A stretch of DNA of 64,000 bases. Origin: Candidatus Dormiibacterota bacterium. Its GTDB lineage: Bacteria; Chloroflexota; Dormibacteria; Aeolococcales; Aeolococcaceae. The notes beneath the pieces were generated by a model. The model saw nothing but the letters and a program-made list of their open reading frames with translations, was not told where the DNA came from and did no database searches. This document shows positions 9,964 to 17,940 of the stretch, piece after piece. The position numbers and the translations under genes were made by a program. The first letter of the stretch is position 1. Every line of letters begins with the position of its first letter. Location of the stretch: contig OY970355.1 of NCBI GenBank assembly GCA_963718525.1, forward strand, positions 1,856,001 to 1,920,000, in the 5' to 3' direction.

Positions 9964-10104
9964 CGTGCGCAGCGGACCTTAGCGCAGCGCGCCTGCGGCA
10001 CGCAGCTAACCGAGGTCGGCACAGCTCCGGCGCCAGCTGGGGGTTGAAACCTTCTCAGCATGCCTTTGTGGACTCGCTGCGTGTTGGCAGGTGGTCATCC
10101 GCAT

Positions 10105-10155
10105 CATGCCGGCGCAACCAACCTTGCCAACCTCGTTCATCGCTGATACAACCCC
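10105..10155 (+). repeat. HNH-fragment/foreign junction, motif B copy 2
   Basis: cat gcc ggc gca acc aac ctt gcc aac ctc gtt (HAGATNLANLV) followed by CATCGCTGATACAACCCC. Confidence 0.8.
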
Positions 10156-10275
10156 CGGAGAGGCGGGCGAACGAGTTGGGTCGAGTGCCATCGCGGACAT
10201 CACGCAAGGGTCCGGGGAGGATGCAGGATTTCGCGGTGGTGTGCTGGCCGTTTCTGTCGAGAAATGGATGCAGTC

Positions 10276-10518
10276 CTAGTAGACGTGAGTCGTCCGGACC
10301 ATCCTCACCAAGTCCGCGATCCGTGAATCCACGGCAACCCGCGTTGCACGACCTGCCAAGTCGCTCAGTTCACGATCAATGTGATCGAGGATCGCGCTCA
10401 CCTCCTCATCATCGAGCGGAAAGCCGACCACCGCGGCAGCGGCATCGACGTCCTCACTTCCAATGGTGACGGGGATCCGCACCTCGCGGGTCATCGCAGT
10501 GCTAACCATGGCGAGCAT
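10276..10518 (-). CDS. Small hypothetical protein
   Basis: GGAGG RBS, protein-like composition. Confidence 0.55.
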   Translation of the reverse strand: MLAMVSTAMTREVRIPVTIGSEDVDAAAAVVGFPLDDEEVSAILDHIDRELSDLAGRATRVAVDSRIADLVRMVRTTHVY

Positions 10519-10746
10519 CGTCATCCTCCAGTGCGGGCTGAGAGGTGTGACGGGCTGTTTACGCCCGTTTTCTCTGGAATCCATCGTTTCCGAACGTGCG
10601 CCGATGCACAAGAGCAGAACGTCCCGTTTGGAAGAACGGGAGGAGAGCCGATTGTCACACCGGCCACTGTCCTAACGATGAGGAGGGCTCGTCGTCTGGC
10701 GATCTGATGTCGCTGGTACCCGCGCGGCGGGGCCGACGTGGTTTGG

Positions 10747-10876
10747 TGAGCTCTGGGTTTTGTGGAGTTGAGTCATTGGACTGTCATGCTGCAGTCCACC
10801 AGGAGGACGGCATGGGGCAGACGGGGCTATCCGGCGGAGAGTTTCGGTAGCGTGTCCTTGCCTGGTAGCAGCTAGG
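10747..10876 (+). mobile_element. Degenerate IS3-family left end with orfA stub
   Basis: TGAG..GGGTTTTGTGGAG IR-like start, AGGAGG RBS, ATG 10812, decayed MG.RGYPAEFR.RVL.LVAA-like sequence with indels and stops. Confidence 0.6.
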
Positions 10877-10908
10877 TGGCCAACCTCGTCCATCGTTAGT
10901 ACGACCCC
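10876..10908 (+). repeat. HNH-fragment/foreign junction, motif B copy 3
   Basis: gtggc-CAACCTCGTCCATCGTTAGTACGACCCC. Confidence 0.78.
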
Positions 10909-10946
10909 TCGAAGACCGCCGGGTGCGATTAGCGGCGACTCCTCGC

Positions 10947-11942
10947 CTATAAGTGAGCCGTGAGCCAGGCAACGATCGCCGTGACGGTGTCGGGGTCCAG
11001 TGAGGTGTCGGCCGCGTTGTACATTTGCATCGCCTGCTCCTGCACGAGCTGCTCACGCGGTCGCGGCTCATATTTCAGCACGTGATTGGCGTTCTCGGGG
11101 AAGAGGAAGCTGACGTCGATCAGCCCCGCTGCGGCGCGCTGCAGGGGCTTCACGTCGGCGTGCCAATCGACCTGTAGATCTTTTTTCCCGATGACGATGA
11201 GCACGGGCACGCGCACCTCCCTGAGCGGTGCTGCCGCGTCCGCGGTCCAGAGCTCACGGGCAAATGGAAGGTTGGCGGGGGTCTCCAGGGCCGATATCAG
11301 ATAGCGCACGCCCTCCGGCAGGGCCGGATCTGGGGTGGCGGGCTCACCCGCAAGAAATCTAGCGACCGCGGCGTCGTACAGGCGGAGCAGCTGCTCGCCA
11401 TTCGGGACGCCCTTGGCTTGGGCTGCAAGCTGGGACCGGGTGACGGCACCCACGGTGCGGCCGGGCGGCCCTGTCAGCACCAGGCCGGCCAAGGGGATGC
11501 CGGGGTCATGAACCTGGTAGTTGAGAGCGTGGAGGGTCCCTTCGCTATTGCCGAGGGCGAAGATCCGATCCCGCCGGACGTCCTGTTGCTCGGCAAGGGT
11601 GCGCACCGCCCCCGCGAGCTCATCGACGTGGCTCTGCATGGTGATCGCGCCGATCAGGAGGGGGATCGTCTCGCGGACATGGGGGCCGGAAGCGCGTTTG
11701 TCGTAGCGCAGTGAGGCGAAACCAGCTCGCCCGAGCGCCTCGGCGAGCAGGCGACCGCTGCCATTGGTCCCGGGAAGGAGTCGGGAGTTCCAGTCGCGGT
11801 CCGTCGGGCCACTGCCGGCAACGAACACGACCCCCGGGAAGGGACCGGCTCCCTCCGGCTTTATCGCGGAGCCATGGACAGTGGTGGGGCCAAGCGGCCA
11901 GCTGACCTCCATGCTCTGCGAAGACGAGGTGCTATCAGTCAT
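10947..11942 (-). CDS. Alpha/beta hydrolase
   Basis: AGSGPTDRD, RYDKR, GNSEG nucleophile elbow, GKKDLQV, NHVLK. Confidence 0.88.
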   Translation of the reverse strand: MTDSTSSSQSMEVSWPLGPTTVHGSAIKPEGAGPFPGVVFVAGSGPTDRDWNSRLLPGTNGSGRLLAEALGRAGFASLRYDKRASGPHVRETIPLLIGAITMQSHVDELAGAVRTLAEQQDVRRDRIFALGNSEGTLHALNYQVHDPGIPLAGLVLTGPPGRTVGAVTRSQLAAQAKGVPNGEQLLRLYDAAVARFLAGEPATPDPALPEGVRYLISALETPANLPFARELWTADAAAPLREVRVPVLIVIGKKDLQVDWHADVKPLQRAAAGLIDVSFLFPENANHVLKYEPRPREQLVQEQAMQMYNAADTSLDPDTVTAIVAWLTAHL

Positions 11943-12027
11943 CGTGCAGTCCTCCAGATGCTGGCGTTCGCCGCGGTCGGTCCTCGTAGGTCGCCGATGC
12001 ATTCGAGCCGGGTGTGGCGCTGCTGGT

Positions 12028-12777
12028 TCACCGATCCAACGTCCGGGCACCGGTGAGGTGCGTAGCGAACATCAAGAGCCCCAGCGTTGCTCCCACGGTG
12101 ATGCCGACGCCCTGCCACGGAACGCCCCCTTTGCCTGCGAGCAGGTCCTGAATCCCGGAGGACAGCGAAGTCGGCAGCCACAACGCCAGTGCGCTGATTG
12201 AGTCCAGGAGCGCCAGCGCAAGCAGGGTGGCGATGCTCCAGCCAACGACTGCCAGGACGCTCCTGACGATCGCCGCCCAAGCGGTTACCACCGAGACCGT
12301 GAACGCGACCCAGAGCATCTCAAGTCCGCATCCGGCCGCGAGCGCGGCCGGCGACACGTAGCCTATGAGAAGCCGGGTCTCATACCAGGCGGCAGCAGTT
12401 CCCAGAACCAGCGCGAGCATGGCTGTGAGTGCCGTCGCCGTCGAGCGGGGAAGGAGGAGCATCACCGGACGGCGGATCCGTGTCCGATAGAAGATGGCAA
12501 GCGAGGGGTGGGCGTCGACGGCGATGCAAGCTGCCGCCACGATGACGACGACGAGGGTGCCCAGTTGGGCAGCCTCCTGGGAGAACGATTTCATCGCCCC
12601 AAAAGCGGTGGTGGGCGGAAGGACGATCTTCACCCCATTCGTGCCGCTTTTCACCAACTCGGGGAGGTAGTAAGTGAGCACCGGCTCGCCGAAGCCGAGG
12701 ACGAGGAAGGCCCCGAGCAGAGCCACCACGCGTCGGGTGCGCCAGAGACGGAGCACCTCGAGGCGCCAGAGGTTCAC
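12028..12777 (-). CDS. ABC-2 type permease
   Basis: GTG start MNLWRLE overlapping the ATPase stop; about 6 TM helices. Confidence 0.85.
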   Translation of the reverse strand: MNLWRLEVLRLWRTRRVVALLGAFLVLGFGEPVLTYYLPELVKSGTNGVKIVLPPTTAFGAMKSFSQEAAQLGTLVVVIVAAACIAVDAHPSLAIFYRTRIRRPVMLLLPRSTATALTAMLALVLGTAAAWYETRLLIGYVSPAALAAGCGLEMLWVAFTVSVVTAWAAIVRSVLAVVGWSIATLLALALLDSISALALWLPTSLSSGIQDLLAGKGGVPWQGVGITVGATLGLLMFATHLTGARTLDR

Positions 12778-13691
12778 CGCGTTTGCGCCTCCGCTTTCGC
12801 TGCGGAAGCGGTGAGCGCAAGGAATGCCGCGTCGAGGGTCGGGCGGATTGGCGAGAGTGAGATCACCCGGGCTCCTACGTCGGCAAGGAGCATGGGCAAC
12901 CGGAGCTCGACCTGATCGGCGGCTGTGGCGTGAAGCTCGATGCGCCCTGGTGCCGTCTCGGCGACCTCCAGCACCCAGGGGGCTGCCCTGAGGCGCGGTA
13001 TGAGCCGATCTGCCGGCGGGCGAACCTCGACCTGCCAGCGGTTCCCACTCACGGTCGCCAAGAGGTCGGGGGTCGTGCCCTGGAAGATGAGGCGGCCGTC
13101 GACCAGCACGCCGATGTCGCTGCACAACTCCTCGACCCCGGAGAGGTCGTGGCTCGAGATGACGACGGTGCTCTGGCCGGCCAGCGAGGCGAGGAGATCC
13201 AGAATGTCCGCGCGCCCCAGCGGGTCGAGGGAGGCCACCGGTTCGTCGAGCAGCAGGATCCGCGGCTCGAGGACCAGCGCAGCGCTCAGGTTGAGACGGG
13301 TGGTCATGCCTCGGGAGAAGCCGCCAACCCGCCGATCCGCTGCCTTCGTGAGGCCGACCCGGCCGAGCGAAGCGGACACGGCACCCTGATCTGCGCGTCC
13401 GCCAAGTAGGCTCACGGAGAGGGCCACCACCTCAGCCGCGGTCAGCCAGGGTTCGAACTCGGCGACGTCCGGGCAGTAGGCGATGGCGGAGTGGGGCGAA
13501 GCCAGATGGACCTCACCGGCGCTAGGACGACGGAGCCCCGCCAGAATCTCGAGGAGTGTCGTCTTGCCCGCTCCGTTCGGTCCAATGAGACCGTAGAGCG
13601 CGCCCGTCGGCACCTCCAGCTCGACGCCGGCCAGCGCGGTTGTCGTGCCGTACGTTTTGTCGAGTGCGGTCGTGGAAACGGCGATGGTCAG
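12774..13691 (-). CDS. ABC transporter ATP-binding protein (probable CTG start)
   Basis: GPNGAGKT, FSRGM, LLLDEP, SSH; start placed at CTGA overlap with upstream gene. Confidence 0.9.
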   Translation of the reverse strand: MTIAVSTTALDKTYGTTTALAGVELEVPTGALYGLIGPNGAGKTTLLEILAGLRRPSAGEVHLASPHSAIAYCPDVAEFEPWLTAAEVVALSVSLLGGRADQGAVSASLGRVGLTKAADRRVGGFSRGMTTRLNLSAALVLEPRILLLDEPVASLDPLGRADILDLLASLAGQSTVVISSHDLSGVEELCSDIGVLVDGRLIFQGTTPDLLATVSGNRWQVEVRPPADRLIPRLRAAPWVLEVAETAPGRIELHATAADQVELRLPMLLADVGARVISLSPIRPTLDAAFLALTASAAKAEAQTR

Positions 13692-13900
13692 CGGGGTTTC
13701 CCGACCGCGAGGTAGACGATCCCCGCCAACGGCGAGATGGTCACGCAGAGGATCGCCCACGCCCAGCGGGGCAGGTACGCGGCTCTCTTCGCTCTGGCGA
13801 TGTCGACCAGGCAGAAGACGTCGAAACCGACGACCACCACCAACAGAGGGACGAGCGCGGCCACCAGGGTCGCGCTTGCGATGGCGAGCATCGTTATCAT
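13688..13900 (-). CDS. PLDc N-terminal domain small membrane protein
   Basis: CLVDIAR...LPRWAWAILCV...PLAGIVYLAVGK pattern. Confidence 0.8.
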   Translation of the reverse strand: MITMLAIASATLVAALVPLLVVVVGFDVFCLVDIARAKRAAYLPRWAWAILCVTISPLAGIVYLAVGKPR

Positions 13901-13924
13901 CTTCGTGAATGATAGCAGAAGTGT

Positions 13925-13941
13925 GAACATTGTTCTAGGAT
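13925..13941 (+). promoter_or_regulatory. Palindrome GAACATTGTTC next to -10 TAGGAT between divergent genes (putative ArsR-type operator)
   Basis: Inverted repeat 13925-13935; ATG at 13948. Confidence 0.5.
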
Positions 13942-13947
13942 GGGCTC

Positions 13948-14643
13948 ATGGCCGATGCGAACCTGCTGCTCCACCCCATCCGCCTCCGGATCATCCAGGC
14001 GTTTCTGGGCGATCGCGCGCTGACCACCGGCCAGCTCAACGCCGAACTGCCGGACGTGCCCCCGGGGAGCCTGTACCGGCATGTCGGCCTACTTGTGAGC
14101 GCAGGCGTGCTCAGTGTCGTGGCCGAGCGCCGGGTTCGTGGCGTCGTAGAGCGCACCTACGTGCTTCGCGAGAGCGCCGCCTATGTGAATCCCGAGATGA
14201 CCATCGAGGAGCACCGCCGTGCGTTCATGACCTTCATCGCAGGGCTCCTCGGTGACTTCGACCGCTACCTAGCGCTCGGCCAGCCCGACCTGGTGCGTGA
14301 TGGAGTCGGGTATCGCCTCGGCGCGATGTGGCTGTCTGACGTTGAGTTCACCGAGTTCCTTCGAGACCTGGCTCGCGTAATCCAGCCTCGGATGGCGAAC
14401 GCTCCCTCGCCGGCGCGCCGGCGCCGCGTAGTGGCTGGGGTGACGTTGCCCACGTCCCCTGCACCCAAGACACGCTCAAGGGGCCGACAAAGGAAGGACC
14501 GAACGAGCCGTAGAGCTGAACTCATGAAGCTGTCCGTGGGCCGGCCCTGCCCCGTAATGGAGGTTATGGCGTCAGGCCTGCCCTACGCCAAGCGAACCGA
14601 CCATTGCTCACGCCAGTGTGGTCAACCTACATTTGTGGATTAA
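13948..14643 (+). CDS. ArsR-like HTH transcriptional regulator with non-conserved-looking C-terminal extension
   Basis: LLHPIRLRIIQAF...SLYRHV...ERRVRGVVERTY; ORF stops inside junction motif A. Confidence 0.85.
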   Translation: MADANLLLHPIRLRIIQAFLGDRALTTGQLNAELPDVPPGSLYRHVGLLVSAGVLSVVAERRVRGVVERTYVLRESAAYVNPEMTIEEHRRAFMTFIAGLLGDFDRYLALGQPDLVRDGVGYRLGAMWLSDVEFTEFLRDLARVIQPRMANAPSPARRRRVVAGVTLPTSPAPKTRSRGRQRKDRTSRRAELMKLSVGRPCPVMEVMASGLPYAKRTDHCSRQCGQPTFVD

Positions 14644-14651
14644 CGGGCACC
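14625..14651 (+). repeat. Foreign/HNH junction, motif A copy 1
   Basis: ACCTACATTTGTGGATTAACGGGCACC; 25/27 identical to 15866-15892. Confidence 0.82.
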
Positions 14652-14712
14652 CCAGCGCGCACTCACAACACCCGAGCCGAGCGGTCGCGCGTGGCAGGAG
14701 GATGATGCTTCC

Positions 14713-15156
14713 ATGTCATCGCACTCTCGTTGGGGGATTAGTCCGCGACGCAACATCGAGGCTGAATGCAGGCGCCGGGGGAAGGCCGAAGTGGTTGCGG
14801 GGTGCATCGCTCTCTTCGATGGGGACACGCGCGACCGCAGGCTTATCGTCGCCCTGGGAGGGCCGCCCGCGCGGGAGATGCTGATCGGCAACTCGCGCGC
14901 TGACCTTCTGCTCTGGACGCGGGTTTGGGCGGTCAGGGGCTTACTGTGGGCCTGGGACGAGTCGGCGCGCGACGCGCTCCGCGCCGCCCTAGACGACGAC
15001 GCCTGGCGAGTCCGGGAGATGGCCGCTAAGGTGGTCGCTCGGAACCTCCTCGGCGACGTCTTGAGCAGCTGTGCAAACCTGCGCAACGACCCCGTAGCTC
15101 GAGTGCGGCAGGCAGCCGGGCGATCGGTTGCCCGGCTGACCCTCTCTAGAGCCTGA
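14713..15156 (+). CDS. HEAT-repeat protein
   Basis: ALDDDAWRVREMAAKV and LRNDPVARVRQAA repeats; AGGAGG upstream. Confidence 0.8.
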   Translation: MSSHSRWGISPRRNIEAECRRRGKAEVVAGCIALFDGDTRDRRLIVALGGPPAREMLIGNSRADLLLWTRVWAVRGLLWAWDESARDALRAALDDDAWRVREMAAKVVARNLLGDVLSSCANLRNDPVARVRQAAGRSVARLTLSRA

Positions 15157-15332
15157 TGTGCCACCTCTGTTAAACGACCCACGGCACGTCCGCCTCGCTG
15201 ACGCCAGCGTGCCGTCAACACACTTGAACTGAGGAAGCGAACCACTCCAGAAGCGGCCGGGACCGGAGCGACGAAATCGCAACTCTGAGTGGTCCGAATG
15301 CCGCGAAAGACGGGAAGACCTGAACTCGGAAG

Positions 15333-15566
15333 CTACTGGAACGACGGTATGAACCTAATCGTCCTCTGGCCCGCAGCAAAACCGAGTCGGTTCTCGATCA
15401 ACTCGGGATGCGGGTCCGCGCGCTCCTGACCCTCGGCGAAGGTGCCCTGGTGGGGGTAACGCGCTCGCCCCATACCCGATGCGAAGTCGCCCCGCTCACC
15501 GGCGAGCTCTGGATGGTGCTCGGATATCTCTTGCCCCACGGCAAAGGTTCCCTCGTGCTTGTGCAT
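15333..15566 (-). CDS. Small internally repeated protein (4x FAxG)
   Basis: GGGAGA RBS; HEGTFAVGQE..HPEL..GDFASG / HQGTFAEGQE..HPEL..GFAAGQ. Confidence 0.65.
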   Translation of the reverse strand: MHKHEGTFAVGQEISEHHPELAGERGDFASGMGRARYPHQGTFAEGQERADPHPELIENRLGFAAGQRTIRFIPSFQ

Positions 15567-15865
15567 GTCAGTCTCCCAGGACCCTGAATGACCGTCCAGC
15601 GCCGGGTCCCACAAGCCGACCAGCCGGTAGTGGTGGAACAGCCTTGAGCGTACGAAGGTGCGGTCACGACTTCCGTGCGGTGGCGAACATAAGCGAACAG
15701 CGTCGTCGACTCCGATCGGGGAAATCGATCGGGGAGGCCTCACTTGACCCGCCAGGAGCGCCTCTGTCGGCATACCTCGTGGGGTTGACGCGCTTGCCCA
15801 ACAGAGCGTGCTGTCACCTGAACCGGTCCGGGACGTGCCTGGCACCGGTCGAAGAAACCATTTGG

Positions 15866-15960
15866 ACCTACATTTGCGGATTGACGGGCACCACGTCCTC
15901 CACTGGGGGCACGGCGGGGCGACCAACCTTGAGAACCTCGTCAATCGTTAATACATCCCC
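15866..15960 (+). repeat. Motif A + HNH left-arm fragment + motif B copy 4
   Basis: 15889-15942 matches 4623-4676 at 50/54; flanked by ACCTACATTTGCGGAT and AATCGTTAATACATCCCC. Confidence 0.9.
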
Positions 15961-16029
15961 CAGAGCCCGCCGAGTGGGATCTGCTTCGGTTGGGCGAGGA
16001 ACTCCTAGTGCTCGCGCCTTGCGACGACC

Positions 16030-16047
16030 GTGAATCCCGGCCTGCCG
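16030..16047 (+). repeat. 18-bp direct repeat C, copy 1
   Basis: GTGAATCCCGGCCTGCCG, exact copy at 16941-16958. Confidence 0.82.
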
Positions 16048-16123
16048 ACGTCTGCGGTTGGCGGTCCGGGCCAAAGAGGAAACAGCCTCCGACGTCGCTA
16101 TTCGGGTTCATTCGCCGACACGA

Positions 16124-16819
16124 TCAGTCGGACTGGCGATCCTGTTGGTCTTCAGCCGTCAGGCTGGCTGATGGATTTGGCGCTGGTGCAGCACCCGCTG
16201 ATTGGGCAAGGTTGGTGCTGTCCGGCGATGCGATGGTGACGATTCGGGGCGCCTGCTCGACGCGGATTCTGTCCTGGAGGCCCTCAATCCCGCCCGTCAG
16301 CCAACCGGGAACACTAACAGCGTCGATGCCCAGGGGACGCCGCGCCCGGTGATCCATCCTGATGAGGGTTCGCGTGAGCCACTCGAAATCCTCATAGACG
16401 CCGTGACCTTGTTCAGCCCGCCACTGCTGGACATAGGGCTCAAGGACCGTCCACCAGATAAAGATGGCACTCCCGAACAAACGACAGAGCAGCTTGATGT
16501 CAAGGTGCCCGCTCCGGCTGAGCGAGCCCAAGCCTTCAAAGTAGTTGCCAACGGCTATTCCGGCCCCGGCAGGGATCTCGCGCTTATCGCGGGCGGCGAC
16601 GAGGATCGCGAGTCGATGGCGAAGAATGCGCTCGTCGTCGAACTGTTGGGATAATTCATTGACCAGCTCGACCGCGCGCCCGCTCCGGGCGAGTCGGACC
16701 TGGCGGTATATCGCGATGAATGTGATCGCAAGGGCCGTGAACTGGAGCGCGGCCCAGAACCACTCCGAGCCCGGTCCGATGAATGCCATCCCCTTGGTGT
16801 TGATGAACGTCACGTCCAT
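16124..16819 (-). CDS. Hypothetical membrane-anchored protein (DUF4760-like)
   Basis: GGAGG RBS, N-terminal TM, NYFEGLG...YEDFEWL pattern. Confidence 0.7.
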   Translation of the reverse strand: MDVTFINTKGMAFIGPGSEWFWAALQFTALAITFIAIYRQVRLARSGRAVELVNELSQQFDDERILRHRLAILVAARDKREIPAGAGIAVGNYFEGLGSLSRSGHLDIKLLCRLFGSAIFIWWTVLEPYVQQWRAEQGHGVYEDFEWLTRTLIRMDHRARRPLGIDAVSVPGWLTGGIEGLQDRIRVEQAPRIVTIASPDSTNLAQSAGAAPAPNPSASLTAEDQQDRQSD

Positions 16820-16940
16820 ACCTCCGTTGCGCTAGCAGGATGGGCGGGACGATACAAATCGCGGGATCCGCAAGCAACGAGGGACGCGAGCTAGCCTCGG
16901 AGGTCAGCACCAGCGTCGAGTTCAGTGTGGCAGCCCTATA

Positions 16941-16958
16941 GTGAATCCCGGCCTGCCG
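16941..16958 (+). repeat. 18-bp direct repeat C, copy 2
   Basis: Exact copy of 16030-16047. Confidence 0.82.
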
Positions 16959-17142
16959 GGCGCGATGTCGACTCCCCAGAGGCTAGTGTCGGGCGGTCTC
17001 AGCGCCGCAAGTCAAGCAGCGACCTGGACGCTGACGCTTCGCCGAACAAGAGATCCCCTCCACGCTGACAGTCGCTGGGCCGTCCTCCTCGGCCGAGAGG
17101 GGCTTACAAGAGGTCGGGGCCCCTCTTGCTGGCGAAAAGCAT

Positions 17143-17715
17143 CTAAGGATCGGGATTTGGCCCGGACGACGGCCGCCATTGACGCCTGATCAGCCCGTAT
17201 ACCCACGAGTCCGACACCTCGCCGTTCACGACGCAGTCCTCCCGCAACGTCCCTTCACGCACGAATCCGAGCTTTTCCAGGACGCGGGCAGAAGCCGCAT
17301 TGCGCGTATCGGTCTCGGCCTGGACTCGATTCAGGTCCAGCGTGTCAAATGCCCACTGCAGCAAGGCGCGCCCGGCCTCCGTCGCGTAGCCGTGACCCCA
17401 GGCCGCATCGTCAAGGCAGAAGCCCATCGACGCACTGCGGTAGTCAGGGTTCCACCGGGTCAGACCGCACCATCCGATGAACCCATTGTCGGAAATACGG
17501 TCCAGGGCCAGCCGCGCCCCGCTGCCGTCCTCTTCCATGCGCCCACAATCCGCGACAAAGCGCTCGGCCCGCGCACGTTCGCTCCAGGGCGGCGCATCCC
17601 AGTAGCGCAGCACGTAGGCACTACTGTGCAGCGCGAAGAGGGCATCCGCGTCCGCGCTGGTGAAGGGGCGCAACCGCAGGCGAGCGGTTCGCAGTGTCGG
17701 GGTGGGCAAGGACAT
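17143..17715 (-). CDS. GNAT acetyltransferase, RimJ/RimL family
   Basis: TARLRLRPF, WGHGYATEA, NAASARVLEKLGFVREG. Confidence 0.93.
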   Translation of the reverse strand: MSLPTPTLRTARLRLRPFTSADADALFALHSSAYVLRYWDAPPWSERARAERFVADCGRMEEDGSGARLALDRISDNGFIGWCGLTRWNPDYRSASMGFCLDDAAWGHGYATEAGRALLQWAFDTLDLNRVQAETDTRNAASARVLEKLGFVREGTLREDCVVNGEVSDSWVYGLIRRQWRPSSGPNPDP

Positions 17716-17855
17716 TCGTGCCATCTTGCCTTTCCATGAGCGAAGGCGGGGCAACCGCCTACGCGAGCCCGAGACCCGGACCCCGCTGAGAGTCCAATCT
17801 ACAAGAGTGCAGCTCACGACAGGCGAGGTCCGGAACCCGGGCAAGCCAGATCGGC

Positions 17856-17940
17856 AATCTGGTCCAGCTCTGCCACCGCCATCACTGGAAGGTGCATGAG
17901 GGCGGCTGGCTGGTGTCAGGTCCGAGGAGGGCCGAATCCT
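17856..17940 (+). pseudogene. HNH right-arm fragment (NLV.LCHRHHWK.HEGGW...)
   Basis: Matches 4668-4753 with 6 substitutions and 1 gap. Confidence 0.9.

Noticed and set aside
10003-10022. c-di-AMP riboswitch fragment (CAGCTAACC) and similarity to 20774-20789
   Set aside because: Other ydaO elements are absent nearby; short matches are expected by chance at this GC content.
13925-13935. Second SOS box
   Set aside because: Spacer is 3 nt (GAAC-ATT-GTTC), not 4; more likely a local operator.
15163-15181. Fifth motif B copy (cacctctgttaaacgaccc)
   Set aside because: Needs several gaps to align and has no HNH arm; too degenerate to support.
6089-16958. Repeats as a CRISPR array or classical integron attC sites
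   Set aside because: Spacing is 0.75-5 kb and irregular, no cas or intI gene is present, and no RYYYAAC...GTTRRRY bounded hairpins were found.
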